NCBI GenBank assembly: GCA_965208325.1
Contig: OZ242326.1
Span: 1,664,001-1,728,000, forward strand
Source: Candidatus Poribacteria bacterium
GTDB lineage: Bacteria > Poribacteria > WGA-4E > PCPOR2b
DNA: 64,000 bases
Direction of reading: 5' to 3'
Shown one piece after another: positions 9,199 to 19,102 of this stretch. Within the stretch, counting starts at the first letter, position 1, and every line of letters starts with the position of its first letter. The translations under genes and the position numbers were made by a program. The notes beneath the pieces are model-generated. The model searched no databases. It was not told the origin of the DNA and saw only the letters and a program-made list of their open reading frames with translations.

Positions 9199-11421
9199 CT
9201 ACTTGACAACGACCATCCGCCGTAGCGCGGTGTAATCACCCGCACTGAGTTGGTAGAAATAGGCGCCGCTTGTGACACGTTCTCCGTTTTGGTTCCGGCC
9301 GTCCCAACACGCAGTGCTCGCTTTATCGCGGTAGATTCCCGGTTTTTGATGTCCAATGTCAAGGTTCCGGACAATATGACCGCTCTGATCATAGATGCGC
9401 AAGGTAACGAGCGCATCGCTTGCCAACTGATACGGTATCCAGGTTTCGGGGTTGAACGGATTCGGATAATTCTGCAGCAACGCCGTGCGTTTGATGTTTC
9501 CCAGCGTGGTCACTCGTTGCGCCAAAGGTTTCACTCCAAGTTCCGTTGAACAGGCGAATTCCCATAGCAACACGGTGCCGTCCCGAGACCCGCTAGCCAG
9601 GGTACCACAATCGCGACTGAAAGCAACGCTATAAATCCCCGACGTTCCACCCCGTATAGCTAGCGTATGCCCGGTGCGCGTTTGAATCAGTTCGCCCGTA
9701 TTGGCGTCCCACAAACGAATCGTATCGTCCCAACTGGCGCCACTTGCGATCCTACGTCCATCGGGACTAAACGCAACGCATTCCACCGGACCCGTATGCC
9801 CTGTAATCGTACGTAAGCGTTCTCCCGTATCGGTGTCCAACAATCGAATGGCGTCTACACCCCCACTAGCGATCGTGCTGCCGTCAGGACTGAACGCTAC
9901 GCTATAGACCGCAGGCATAGGCCGGTTTAAATTACGCAAGTGTTTTCCCGTTTCCGCGTTCCATAGACCGATTGTACCGTTAAAACTCCCGGTCGCAATG
10001 GTTGCGCCATCGGGACTGAACGCTATGCTTTGGACAAAAAACACATCCTTGAGCCTTCCTTTTAGTCTCCCCTTATGAGCGTCCCACAGACGGACGGTAG
10101 GGTCCCCACCCCCGCTGGCAATTGTACTTCCATCGGGACTGAACGCAACACTATACACACCACCTCTATGCCCGGCAAGTGTTTGCCGGTGTTCGCCCGT
10201 ATCCGCATCCCACAGACGGACGGTACTGTCCCAACTCCCGCTAGCGACGGTACTTCCATCGGGACTGAACGCAACACTATAAACTAAACTCTTATGCCCG
10301 GTGAGCGTAAGCAGGAGATTTCTGGCATCTATGTCCCACAGACGGATGGTACCATCATGACCGCCGCTTGCGATGGCGCCGCCATCCGGACTAAACGCAA
10401 CCCCATAGATTCCATCAGTGTGCTCGGCGAGCGTCTGACGGTGTTCCCCCGTATCGAAATCCCATAAACGGATGGTATTGTCAAAACTCCCACTGGCGAT
10501 GGTCCTACCATCCGGACTAAACGCAACGGTATAGACCCAATCCGTATGCTCGTTGAGCGTGCGCAGGTGTTTTCCTGTATCGGGCTCCCACAATCGGATG
10601 GTATTGTCAAAACTCCCGCTAGCGATGGTCCTGCCATCCGGACTGAACGCAACGCTGCGGACGCCATCCGTATGGTCCTTGAGTGTTCGCAGGTGTAATC
10701 TCTTATCGGCATCCCACAATCGGATGGTATCGTCTCGACTGCCGCTAGCGATGGTCGCGCCATCCGGACTAAACGTGACGCTATAGACCCAATCTGCGTG
10801 ACCGGTAAGCGTGCGCAAATGTACCCCTGTATCGGACTCCCACAGGCGGATAGTATTGTCCCAACTCCCACTGGCGATTGTACCGCTATCCGGACTGTAT
10901 GCAACGCTACGAACCGCACCCGTATGGCCGGTGAGCGTTCGCAGGTGTTCCCCCGTATCGGCGTCCCACAAACGGATGGTTGCGTTCCCATTCCCGCTAG
11001 CGACGGTGCTGCCGTCTGGACTAAACGCAACACTATAAACACTAGATTTATTCCGTGTGAGCGTTCGCAGGTGTTCTCCGGTATCGGAATCCCACAGACG
11101 AATGCTGCCGTCCACACTCCCACTGGCCATGGTGCTGCCTTCGGGACTGAACGCAATGCTCCAGACCAAACTCGTGTGCCCGGTGAGAAGGGCAACCTCT
11201 TCATGCGTCGCCGTATCGTAAAGCCAAACGCCGATACTGCCGGCGACCGCTAGCCGAGTACCGTCGGGCGAATACTGAATTTCACTTATCCTACCTTTGC
11301 CGAGGCGTGCTATAGCGCCGTCGGGTAAGGCAAATTCCGATGAATCTTGGGCGAAACTGGGGGGAAAACACGGAGCAAAAACGAGCAACAGAGTAAAAAT
11401 GAAATACATTGCTTTCATCAT
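9199..11421 (-). CDS. Secreted WD40-repeat protein with C-terminal FlgD-Ig/T9SS-like domain
   Basis: Signal peptide, about 14 repeats of GH...V.SVAFSPDG.TIASGS.D.TIRLWD, then LLQNYPNPFNPETWIPYQL...WDGRN..GE.V.SG.YFYQL. Confidence 0.93.
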   Translation of the reverse strand: MMKAMYFIFTLLLVFAPCFPPSFAQDSSEFALPDGAIARLGKGRISEIQYSPDGTRLAVAGSIGVWLYDTATHEEVALLTGHTSLVWSIAFSPEGSTMASGSVDGSIRLWDSDTGEHLRTLTRNKSSVYSVAFSPDGSTVASGNGNATIRLWDADTGEHLRTLTGHTGAVRSVAYSPDSGTIASGSWDNTIRLWESDTGVHLRTLTGHADWVYSVTFSPDGATIASGSRDDTIRLWDADKRLHLRTLKDHTDGVRSVAFSPDGRTIASGSFDNTIRLWEPDTGKHLRTLNEHTDWVYTVAFSPDGRTIASGSFDNTIRLWDFDTGEHRQTLAEHTDGIYGVAFSPDGGAIASGGHDGTIRLWDIDARNLLLTLTGHKSLVYSVAFSPDGSTVASGSWDSTVRLWDADTGEHRQTLAGHRGGVYSVAFSPDGSTIASGGGDPTVRLWDAHKGRLKGRLKDVFFVQSIAFSPDGATIATGSFNGTIGLWNAETGKHLRNLNRPMPAVYSVAFSPDGSTIASGGVDAIRLLDTDTGERLRTITGHTGPVECVAFSPDGRRIASGASWDDTIRLWDANTGELIQTRTGHTLAIRGGTSGIYSVAFSRDCGTLASGSRDGTVLLWEFACSTELGVKPLAQRVTTLGNIKRTALLQNYPNPFNPETWIPYQLASDALVTLRIYDQSGHIVRNLDIGHQKPGIYRDKASTACWDGRNQNGERVTSGAYFYQLSAGDYTALRRMVVVK

Positions 11422-11546
11422 CGGATTAATCCTCCATGTTTGCGTTCAGGGAGTCTAATTTTGAAAAATTCCGCACCGGCATGATACAAGTGAGGCGTTC
11501 ATTGGATATTCGAGCAAAATCGTTGGTTGACTGTTCATTGCAAATC

Positions 11547-12404
11547 TCAGTGTAATACGTTCGCCTTAATGGCACCCCAAGCGGCAGCAGATTTCCTATC
11601 GGGATGAACAGCCAACACCCCCAAAACTCCTTTGACACCGCCTTCGAAGTGTTTTGTAATTTCATCAGCGGTGAAGGCTCGCTTCGCAATCAGGACTTCG
11701 TCCAACAGTCCATCCATCGCAATGGGTCTTTCCGCCCAACCGATTGTGACCGGTGCGTTAATGAATTCTGCCATATCCTCGTCCAATTCGTGGGGGTCAA
11801 TAAAATCCTCACTCCGATTTATTTCTTTGCCATCGACGTACGTCTTGGTCAGGTGCCTTTCTCGGACCACAGCGAAATGGCGCCATGCCTTAGGTTTCGC
11901 ATTCCAATCGCCGGATCCAAGATGTCCGCTACTGATAAAATTTATGCCACTGTCTCCATTAATAACGACAGTAGAATGTAAACCGAGGCTAGTTAGGGCG
12001 GGATTTGAGCCGGGGAGGTTTACTCCAAGAATCCACTTGTTCACATCCCCTCGGCCTTCGTCCTGCGCTATGAACGCATGTTGCCCGACAGTTTCATTCA
12101 GGTTAAACCACACAGCAAGCGTATAATCTGATTTAAAAAGGCTCAGACTTTCATCGTTTCCGGCGTCCACATAACCAACCGGTTCAAGCTGAACGGCGTT
12201 TCCGAATTTACCTTTTCCCCATTTTGCGTTTCTCTTAAACGTGCCGTGGTTTCCGTGAGGAGAGAGGTCTTTGGTAGTTTCGCCCCTGCCTTCATCAAAC
12301 GGCATTGCGAGCACAATGTCTCTGTCAACGATTGTATCGGCTTCTCCAACGCCGCACGCGCCGACCACACCGATTATCAGTAACGCCGAAACTAACGTTT
12401 TCAT
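11547..12404 (-). CDS. Secreted LamG-like jellyroll protein
   Basis: Signal peptide, FDEG.G....D.S..GNHG, GKFG.A, WRHFAVV, YVDG, G.LDEV.I..RA.T.DEI, C-terminal LAVHPDRKSAAAWGAIK. Confidence 0.9.
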   Translation of the reverse strand: MKTLVSALLIIGVVGACGVGEADTIVDRDIVLAMPFDEGRGETTKDLSPHGNHGTFKRNAKWGKGKFGNAVQLEPVGYVDAGNDESLSLFKSDYTLAVWFNLNETVGQHAFIAQDEGRGDVNKWILGVNLPGSNPALTSLGLHSTVVINGDSGINFISSGHLGSGDWNAKPKAWRHFAVVRERHLTKTYVDGKEINRSEDFIDPHELDEDMAEFINAPVTIGWAERPIAMDGLLDEVLIAKRAFTADEITKHFEGGVKGVLGVLAVHPDRKSAAAWGAIKANVLH

Positions 12405-12501
12405 TAGTCATTCCTCCTACTCGGATTAATCTGTACGAATCTCTTCAATACCGTGCCGAATAAAGACAGACTGAAACATGAAGTATTGACATTGGGATAA
12501 G

Positions 12502-12518
12502 AGCAAAATATGTGCCAA
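12502..12518 (-). promoter_or_regulatory. Sigma54 (-24/-12) promoter for the LamG-WD40 genes
   Basis: Minus strand TTGGCACATATTTTGCT matches TGGCAC-N5-TTGC, about 100 nt upstream of ATG 12404. Confidence 0.7.
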
Positions 12519-12608
12519 CGGATAACCCAATTCAATTTTTGGGCATGGTATGTCTGATGAATCAATGCACATTAGTAATTTAAGTCACTCCATCTAGTGG
12601 ATCGGTGC

Positions 12609-12626
12609 TTGCACCAAACGGTGCAA
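12609..12626. promoter_or_regulatory. NtrC-like palindrome, candidate enhancer for the sigma54 promoter
   Basis: TTGCACC-AAAC-GGTGCAA, about 90 bp upstream of the -24 box (spacer one base shorter than the canonical NtrC site). Confidence 0.5.
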
Positions 12627-12833
12627 AAAAAAACGAACTTTTGGACTTTTTCGTGCGCCTCGGAAAATTTCGGATTCATTGAGACAACCCAACACTTTTT
12701 CCAAAGTGCCGATTCTCATCGCTAGTGAAAACGAACGAATAACGATTATCTGTCAGAAGAATATCAAAAGGGCTTGAAGCAATTTTGCTACGTCTTGATA
12801 CTAGAATGATACACGAGTAGATCTAGCAGTATT

Positions 12834-13022
12834 TGTAGGTTGGGTTAAGCGGGGGTTAAGGGAAACACTCAAAAATGCCGAGCGCGTTTTTTTTTATTAT
12901 GTTGTCAGTTTTGAATGAGGTAGCGTGACCCAAAGTTTTTCATAATTGGGGTACTTTCGTAGAACAGAGTCGCATCGCATTTGAGAATTGTAATTAGGCT
13001 ATTCCGCCTAACCCAACCTACA
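12834..13022. repeat. GTAG-family REP doublet (REPIN-like); the left unit is the long-core form
   Basis: TGTAGGTTGGGTTAAGCGG (12834-12852) and CCGCCTAACCCAACCTACA (13004-13022) form an 18/19 inverted repeat. Internal AGCGTGACCCAA at 12922. Confidence 0.8.
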
Positions 13023-13093
13023 TTAGCTATCTACAATTAAAACCTGTGCAATGGTCATAAACTTTCTTTGGAAGCGTTCAACTCCACCAACTC

Positions 13094-16000
13094 TTACGGC
13101 GGGGATTCTAAGATTAGAAGGCCTAAATTGCTCGGAAAGGTGGGTTCTGTCCCGGGTATTTGGGACGCCCAGTAGACCGCCTGATCGTCTGAGCGGTGAA
13201 TCACAAAGTTAAATCCGATACGGCTGTTTCTTTTGGTTTTCAGGGGATCGAAACCGCGAAGGACTGGGAAAAATGGGATGCGCGCCTCAATCATATAGTA
13301 ATTGGATTCCTGCCTTACCGCGACATCGAAGCCCTTCGCTTGGTAATTAAAAACCTGTTCTGGTGTCCACTGTCCAATGTAAGGCTGATCGCCCTTGAAA
13401 CCTGCGCCTTTCGGACAGATCCAGAGGATAAATCGGTTCGGTTCGGTTCCGGTTTGTAGGTAGGTCGGTTTGCTCCCGCCGCCGGGGTGAAGGTCGAAAT
13501 GTAATTCTAATGCGTCCGCATCCTCGTAATATTTAGTTGGGTCCGGAGCGTCCACGGCATCATCGTAGATTTGCGCCAGCACATAAAGCGAGTCCTTGCC
13601 CCACAGCAACCAGAGAAATCCTTCGTCCTGCGGGGTTCGAAGCGTCTTTTCCAGCGGCCATTGGTCATCCAGGCCGTCAATGAGCATCGGTCTGCTCGTG
13701 TACGGCGCTCGGGAAATCAGGTTCGCGCGGCAACTCGCGTATATTCCCACGTTTGTTTCTCCCGTGTCGATTAATGCATCCGTATAAGTCGCCGTCAAAG
13801 TTTCCCCGCCGACCAATTTGAGACCATTGTCGATTTCAGTTTTCCCGTACTGTGTTGACACCGATCCTCGAAAAATGTGCGAATTAGCATTTTCTTCAAC
13901 TAACGAGAGGACGATTGCTTGCGCGCCGGCACTGACCTGTATTGTTGTTGATTCGACGACGAAGGCGTCCAGATTCAGGTCGCCGTCCTCTAGTTGGAAG
14001 TACAACCGACTCCCCGGGTTAAAGTAACGTATAATTGTACCGTCCCGCCGGGTAATCATTAGGCGCCCTCGGACACCCTTATTGACGTAAGCGCGGTCTT
14101 CGACAGCAACAGCGTTGGCAAATGGAATGCCAGACGTGTACACTGCGCGAATCTCTTCGTCGCCTTGCACATCGAGTGTACCATCGGCGACCGGCGTTGT
14201 GCCGAACCGTGTCGGAATGGATGCGGTGAAGACGCCTTCAGCTTCCGGAATCGCCTTAAGCACCACCTCAGCTTTATCGTTAGTCTTGTTCCCGGTGACG
14301 GCAACCTTAATCGAATCTTCGCCAGTTACCGCACTGAGAAACAGATCTTCCAACCAGAAGTAGATTGTCTCGCCGGCGTTAAAATTTCCGAGTTCATGAG
14401 CGGCGACAGAATGCCTTGCTCCGAATTGTGAAGGTGCTCTTTCTATGGCATTTCGATTTACAATCCGCAGAATTCCCGCGCTGCTGCTCAATACAACCGC
14501 CTGCGCTTGGATTGACACGTTAGTTTCGCCGGTAGCGGTGATTTCATCCGTATACACTACCCTAATTACCTCTTTATCTTTCACGTGTAGGATGTCATCG
14601 GTCCTGTCGGCGGCTGAATTTGCGTCCGCGTTATTGGTGTCAGGAGAATCCGCTGCCTGCCGCGTTTGTAGAAACGCATCAAATGCCGCACTATTCGCGC
14701 TCGTCTCCCATAAGATGAGTTGAACCTCATCCGTGTTCCCGGAGGCGGTTACCAGAGCGGCGTCGACCTGTGCCGGGGAGTTGTCCAAATCTTTATCTCG
14801 CAACTGAATGCGTAGTTTTGCTCCGGCGTTGAAGCTTCCGGCGAAGAGCGTTCGGGCGAGAATTTTACCGCTTTCTGCGTCAATAATCTCCAAATCCCCA
14901 GTATTCCCGGTTTCGACCGAAAGCGCAACACTGACAGGGACTTGAGCCGCACCGGTGTCTTGCAGGGCATCGGTATAAATACATGTCACAATTCCTTCAC
15001 CCTGCACCTGCAGGATGTCATCCTCCGGTATCGAAACTGTTCCATAATCCGTTTGCACTTCGCCGCGAAAAACGCCAGGCCTTCCCGTCACCTCATCCAT
15101 AATCACGCGAACAGTGTCTCGAATCTTGTTTTCGGCAAAATCGGATTCAGATATTTGCGCCGCAGCAGTGGCAGTATTGATATCGGCGTCCTGCATCTCC
15201 AGAATCAGCGTATCACCAGCTCGAAACCCAAAAATTTCTACGTTATCCGCCGCGTCCGGTCCAAAGTTATTCTCGTTATAGACCTTAAGCGTTCCCGTAG
15301 TCCCAATCGCTGCCGTGCAATCGTCTGAAACCTCAATATCAGTTTCGCCAGTGGAACGCAGCGCATCAATATAGATTGCTTGAACTGATTCCGTCCCCTG
15401 CACCTGCAATTTGCCATCGCCTACCGTTGCCTCGGTGTCATAGGCGGTTTCGATAGAACCGAACAGCGTTCCTCCAGCGGCGTACCGTGCATCGCCTCCG
15501 GCGGGAATGGGAGTTAGCTGCACGTCTTCTCGGTCGCTCAGATTATGCCCCGTAAGTACAATCCGCACCGAATCATCAAACAGGTCACCATCGCGGAGAC
15601 GAAAATGAAGTTTGCTTCCGGCGTTGAAGCTACTCAGATTCGTCAAGTAATTCGATTTAACAATCTCTATGATGCCATCGACTCCGGCGCTGACGTGCAT
15701 CATATCTGTGATGACTACGTCCGTCGCGCCGGAAGCCTGCAGGGCGTCCACATAACTGAGGGTAACCACCGCATTGCCGACAACTTCAAGAATATCGTTG
15801 GAGGGATCGGCGTGCACCGCATATCGCGTTGGGCATAGTTCGGCGAATTCACCGGAATTTTCGGTGGTCTCTTTCAGCGTCAATGTGCGCTGATCGGCGG
15901 TCAGATCGCTGCTCAAGTTGACCTCAACAAACTCCCGCGTCTGATCGTTTTGGTTTAAATCTGTGTCCTTTAACCAAATGGAGAGCGGATGCCCTGCCTT

Positions 16001-19000
16001 GAAAAACTTACGGTTGCCGAGGACATTTGATTCCGCTTCACCGCTGTTTACACGCCCTGAACCCAATTCAAGCCGCGTGGTCACTCCGGTTTTTACGCTT
16101 GTTTCGGCATGGACTGGTACGTTCGTTTTCCCGGTCGCTTGGATGCCGTCCACGTAAGACGCCCTCACAATTTGCATGCCAATGGCTTGCAGCACACCGT
16201 TGTTCGGATTGGGCGTCTCGCTGTAGGCGGTCTGCATTGTCCCAATGAAACTGTTGCTATCCGGTTGATGAGTGAGTTTTGCTGTCTCAATCTCTTCCGT
16301 TTTAGGAACAGTAAGCGTTACTTCAACCGTCCTCGGCTCTGAAGCGCACGGGTTATTTTGCTTGACTAAATCCGCATCTTGTACTCGCAGGTAAATTGTA
16401 TCGCCAATGCTAATCTCTTCGAGCAATTCCCCGGACTTTTTTATGATTGAAATCGTTCCGGTTGATCCTGTGTTGACTGTGGCTGAATTAGTTACGGTAT
16501 ACGTACGCTGCGTACTGCTGTAATAGGGGTCAAAATATTTGACTGTAACTTTGTCCTCGCCGCGGACGAAAAAGACAGAAGATTCCGCGTCTTCAATCTT
16601 CACTTCTCCTTCGTGATAGGCAGTTGGGACTATCGCGGCGAAGGTGGCACGGTTGCGCGCCATGTCGTTATCCGGATTTTCGTCTAGCAACAGCGTGGGA
16701 TTTGCCTCATTCAGCGTAACCGAAAGCGTCTGTTTTGTTCGTTCATTGCGCAATTCGGCTAGGACGGATTCCGGTTGATGGCGATCGGTGTTTCTGTCCG
16801 CATCCCATATACAAATGACGAGCCGGTCGCCAGCGTTAAAATTCGTAATCGGACGAGGTGGCTTCTGACCCAGAAATGCAATTCGTCCGCTAATTCGGTC
16901 CACAAGTTCGACAGTATTCCAACGATTCGGCGGTGCATTGAGATTGGATGTCCCATACGAAAACCAGCCAGCGGGATGGTTTGTTAACTTGATGTTTGCC
17001 ATGACGTAATTGAACCCAAGGGACTTGTCTACGTGGGGATCGAACCCGTTCAATACTAGCGCCTTGGGAATTCTTGCTTCGAGAGTATATCCGTTCTCTG
17101 TTTTGGAGACGTTCGCTTCAATCTCTTTGCGGTCGTAAATATTGTGCCGGATTGCATCGAGGTGATGGTGAATCTGTGAAGGCTGCACTTGCGGCTGAGA
17201 CTCATGTGTATTAAGGAGAGTAAAAACAAAATGGTGATCGCTGTCTTTGTACATTCCCGGCGATCTGTTGAGGGCGGTATCAACAAAAAGATGCAGTGCT
17301 TCCGAATCGTCCCGCGCCGCATTATCCTGTATTGGGGAGTAAAGGGGGTTGCGTATTCGCTGATTGACAATTGCAGCCACATAAAGGTTGTCATCGTCCC
17401 ACTGCGAATAAAGCGATATCGGAGAATCCGCAGAAGTTTTGTAGTTCTGCGGAAGCATCGGATAGAGGGTAGGCCATTCACTCACCTTGCCGTCAACTAC
17501 AACCTTTTCACTGACGCGAATCGATTTGCCAATGGTTTCGTCCGATTGATTAGACAACTGCGCGGACGACACATCCATTGTTTCGCGCGCTTCTAAGAGA
17601 ACAACCTCTGATACCACCGCATTGGGGCCCGCCAAGCGGTTGAAACTGAACGCAATTTTACCGTCGGCGTAGGCGTTTACCGGTATTGCGTAGGTGCGAG
17701 ATTCTGCCGTCCCACGCGGGATTTCAAGCGCATCGTGCAGGATAAAACCATCAACCGTTAGGTTTTGAACGCGCTGCCCGTCGTTTTTTTGCAGATAGGT
17801 TACTCTTACCCAATAAAAAAAGGACGGGTGTAATTCAGCATACCTGATTTTTACCGCGTCATAGTGGTAAGCGAAGCTTCGCTGTCCGAGCGTATTGCCC
17901 AAATTGACTTTATCCGCCTCGTTGCCCGCTGGCAAAAAATAGCGGTTTTCGTCTTCCGTATCCCGATCAAACGCAAAACCTTGCTCCAGGTGCGGCGCGA
18001 AGGTATTGTCATCGAATCCAAGATTTTCGTGGTGCATTTGAACCGCGTTGTAATCGCTCAGCGGCCGATTAACCGGGCGCACCGGTCGATAGTCGTCGGT
18101 AAAAACTTCAAATTCTCGTATCTCCGGATAATCGCCGTACCAATCGCCGTGTTCGATGCGCATACGGATATACCGCGCTGTAACGGGCGAACTAAACAGT
18201 TGAAAATCTGTTACGGTGTCGTCGGGAAGACTTTCGGAGGTGTAGTGTTCTGTGTAACGCTGCCCGTCAACACTGGTTAAAACCCGATAGCGCCTGACGT
18301 TGTTCCCGGGACCGTCGGTTGTTAAACGGATGCCGTAAATTTTTTGCACTTCTCTCAAACTGCCCGTAACCACCACCGCACTAGACGGCGATTTGAATGA
18401 GATTTCTTTCCAAATGTTTTCTCCTTCTTCAACTGTTTTCTCTATCCGCTGTGCGCCGACCCATTTCGAGGTTTCATAAGGGAGGAAATCTATAAGATTG
18501 TTGAGTTCGACGGAATTGTAATTGCTATCAATTTCCAGAAGCGGGTTGTGGGATTGGTAGCGCACGCCGACGCGGAAATCATCGCTTCTCAATTCCGGTT
18601 TGTTACTGAACCAATCGTTAATGACTACCTGCACCCAACGCGCTTCGGCAGGAATAGAGAGGGAATGGAGCGGGCTGGTATATTCGCGTGAACTGCCGAT
18701 GTAGGAAAACGCGCGTTCGAAACGCTCTTTTGTCCGCACGGTATCAACGAGCAAATCGAAGCGTTTTGGACCACTCTCATCAGCATCTTCGAAGGGTATG
18801 TTCGCTCTATCGATTTTATAGACGAATCCTAAATCAAATGTCTCAACAATCGGATCCGCACGCAGAATATCCGTGTAGTGGAGAGGTTCATTCTCGAGTC
18901 GGCGCACGGGTTCGATGAACCGTTGGTTCTTATCAGACGCAGCATCTTCGCGCGGATAAAAGAGGAATCCGAGCAACACAGCAGCGCCGCCGAGAAGGAT

Positions 19001-19015
19001 GTATTTGATGTTCAT
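13094..19015 (-). CDS. Giant membrane-anchored surface protein: discoidin (F5/8)-like, CBM9/DOMON-like, 8 Ig-like DxDxN repeats, second CBM9/DOMON-like
   Basis: N-terminal TM, YRVLTSVDG...PVTARYIR...EIREFEVF, VVDGKVSEW/WDDDNLYV/YTLEARIP, repeats F.AG..L...L.D.D.N...ET..NSG.F. Confidence 0.8.
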   Translation of the reverse strand: MNIKYILLGGAAVLLGFLFYPREDAASDKNQRFIEPVRRLENEPLHYTDILRADPIVETFDLGFVYKIDRANIPFEDADESGPKRFDLLVDTVRTKERFERAFSYIGSSREYTSPLHSLSIPAEARWVQVVINDWFSNKPELRSDDFRVGVRYQSHNPLLEIDSNYNSVELNNLIDFLPYETSKWVGAQRIEKTVEEGENIWKEISFKSPSSAVVVTGSLREVQKIYGIRLTTDGPGNNVRRYRVLTSVDGQRYTEHYTSESLPDDTVTDFQLFSSPVTARYIRMRIEHGDWYGDYPEIREFEVFTDDYRPVRPVNRPLSDYNAVQMHHENLGFDDNTFAPHLEQGFAFDRDTEDENRYFLPAGNEADKVNLGNTLGQRSFAYHYDAVKIRYAELHPSFFYWVRVTYLQKNDGQRVQNLTVDGFILHDALEIPRGTAESRTYAIPVNAYADGKIAFSFNRLAGPNAVVSEVVLLEARETMDVSSAQLSNQSDETIGKSIRVSEKVVVDGKVSEWPTLYPMLPQNYKTSADSPISLYSQWDDDNLYVAAIVNQRIRNPLYSPIQDNAARDDSEALHLFVDTALNRSPGMYKDSDHHFVFTLLNTHESQPQVQPSQIHHHLDAIRHNIYDRKEIEANVSKTENGYTLEARIPKALVLNGFDPHVDKSLGFNYVMANIKLTNHPAGWFSYGTSNLNAPPNRWNTVELVDRISGRIAFLGQKPPRPITNFNAGDRLVICIWDADRNTDRHQPESVLAELRNERTKQTLSVTLNEANPTLLLDENPDNDMARNRATFAAIVPTAYHEGEVKIEDAESSVFFVRGEDKVTVKYFDPYYSSTQRTYTVTNSATVNTGSTGTISIIKKSGELLEEISIGDTIYLRVQDADLVKQNNPCASEPRTVEVTLTVPKTEEIETAKLTHQPDSNSFIGTMQTAYSETPNPNNGVLQAIGMQIVRASYVDGIQATGKTNVPVHAETSVKTGVTTRLELGSGRVNSGEAESNVLGNRKFFKAGHPLSIWLKDTDLNQNDQTREFVEVNLSSDLTADQRTLTLKETTENSGEFAELCPTRYAVHADPSNDILEVVGNAVVTLSYVDALQASGATDVVITDMMHVSAGVDGIIEIVKSNYLTNLSSFNAGSKLHFRLRDGDLFDDSVRIVLTGHNLSDREDVQLTPIPAGGDARYAAGGTLFGSIETAYDTEATVGDGKLQVQGTESVQAIYIDALRSTGETDIEVSDDCTAAIGTTGTLKVYNENNFGPDAADNVEIFGFRAGDTLILEMQDADINTATAAAQISESDFAENKIRDTVRVIMDEVTGRPGVFRGEVQTDYGTVSIPEDDILQVQGEGIVTCIYTDALQDTGAAQVPVSVALSVETGNTGDLEIIDAESGKILARTLFAGSFNAGAKLRIQLRDKDLDNSPAQVDAALVTASGNTDEVQLILWETSANSAAFDAFLQTRQAADSPDTNNADANSAADRTDDILHVKDKEVIRVVYTDEITATGETNVSIQAQAVVLSSSAGILRIVNRNAIERAPSQFGARHSVAAHELGNFNAGETIYFWLEDLFLSAVTGEDSIKVAVTGNKTNDKAEVVLKAIPEAEGVFTASIPTRFGTTPVADGTLDVQGDEEIRAVYTSGIPFANAVAVEDRAYVNKGVRGRLMITRRDGTIIRYFNPGSRLYFQLEDGDLNLDAFVVESTTIQVSAGAQAIVLSLVEENANSHIFRGSVSTQYGKTEIDNGLKLVGGETLTATYTDALIDTGETNVGIYASCRANLISRAPYTSRPMLIDGLDDQWPLEKTLRTPQDEGFLWLLWGKDSLYVLAQIYDDAVDAPDPTKYYEDADALELHFDLHPGGGSKPTYLQTGTEPNRFILWICPKGAGFKGDQPYIGQWTPEQVFNYQAKGFDVAVRQESNYYMIEARIPFFPVLRGFDPLKTKRNSRIGFNFVIHRSDDQAVYWASQIPGTEPTFPSNLGLLILESPP

Positions 19016-19102
19016 GAGGAGTAACGCCTCATTTCAGAACCGGCGGCGAGTTGCAGGTTTCAGGGTAGCGTGCAAGCATCTGTCTTGTCGGGGCATGCTC
19101 CA

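Noticed and set aside
10329..11204. 291-aa repetitive ORF
   Set aside because: Alternative frame of the WD40 repeats.
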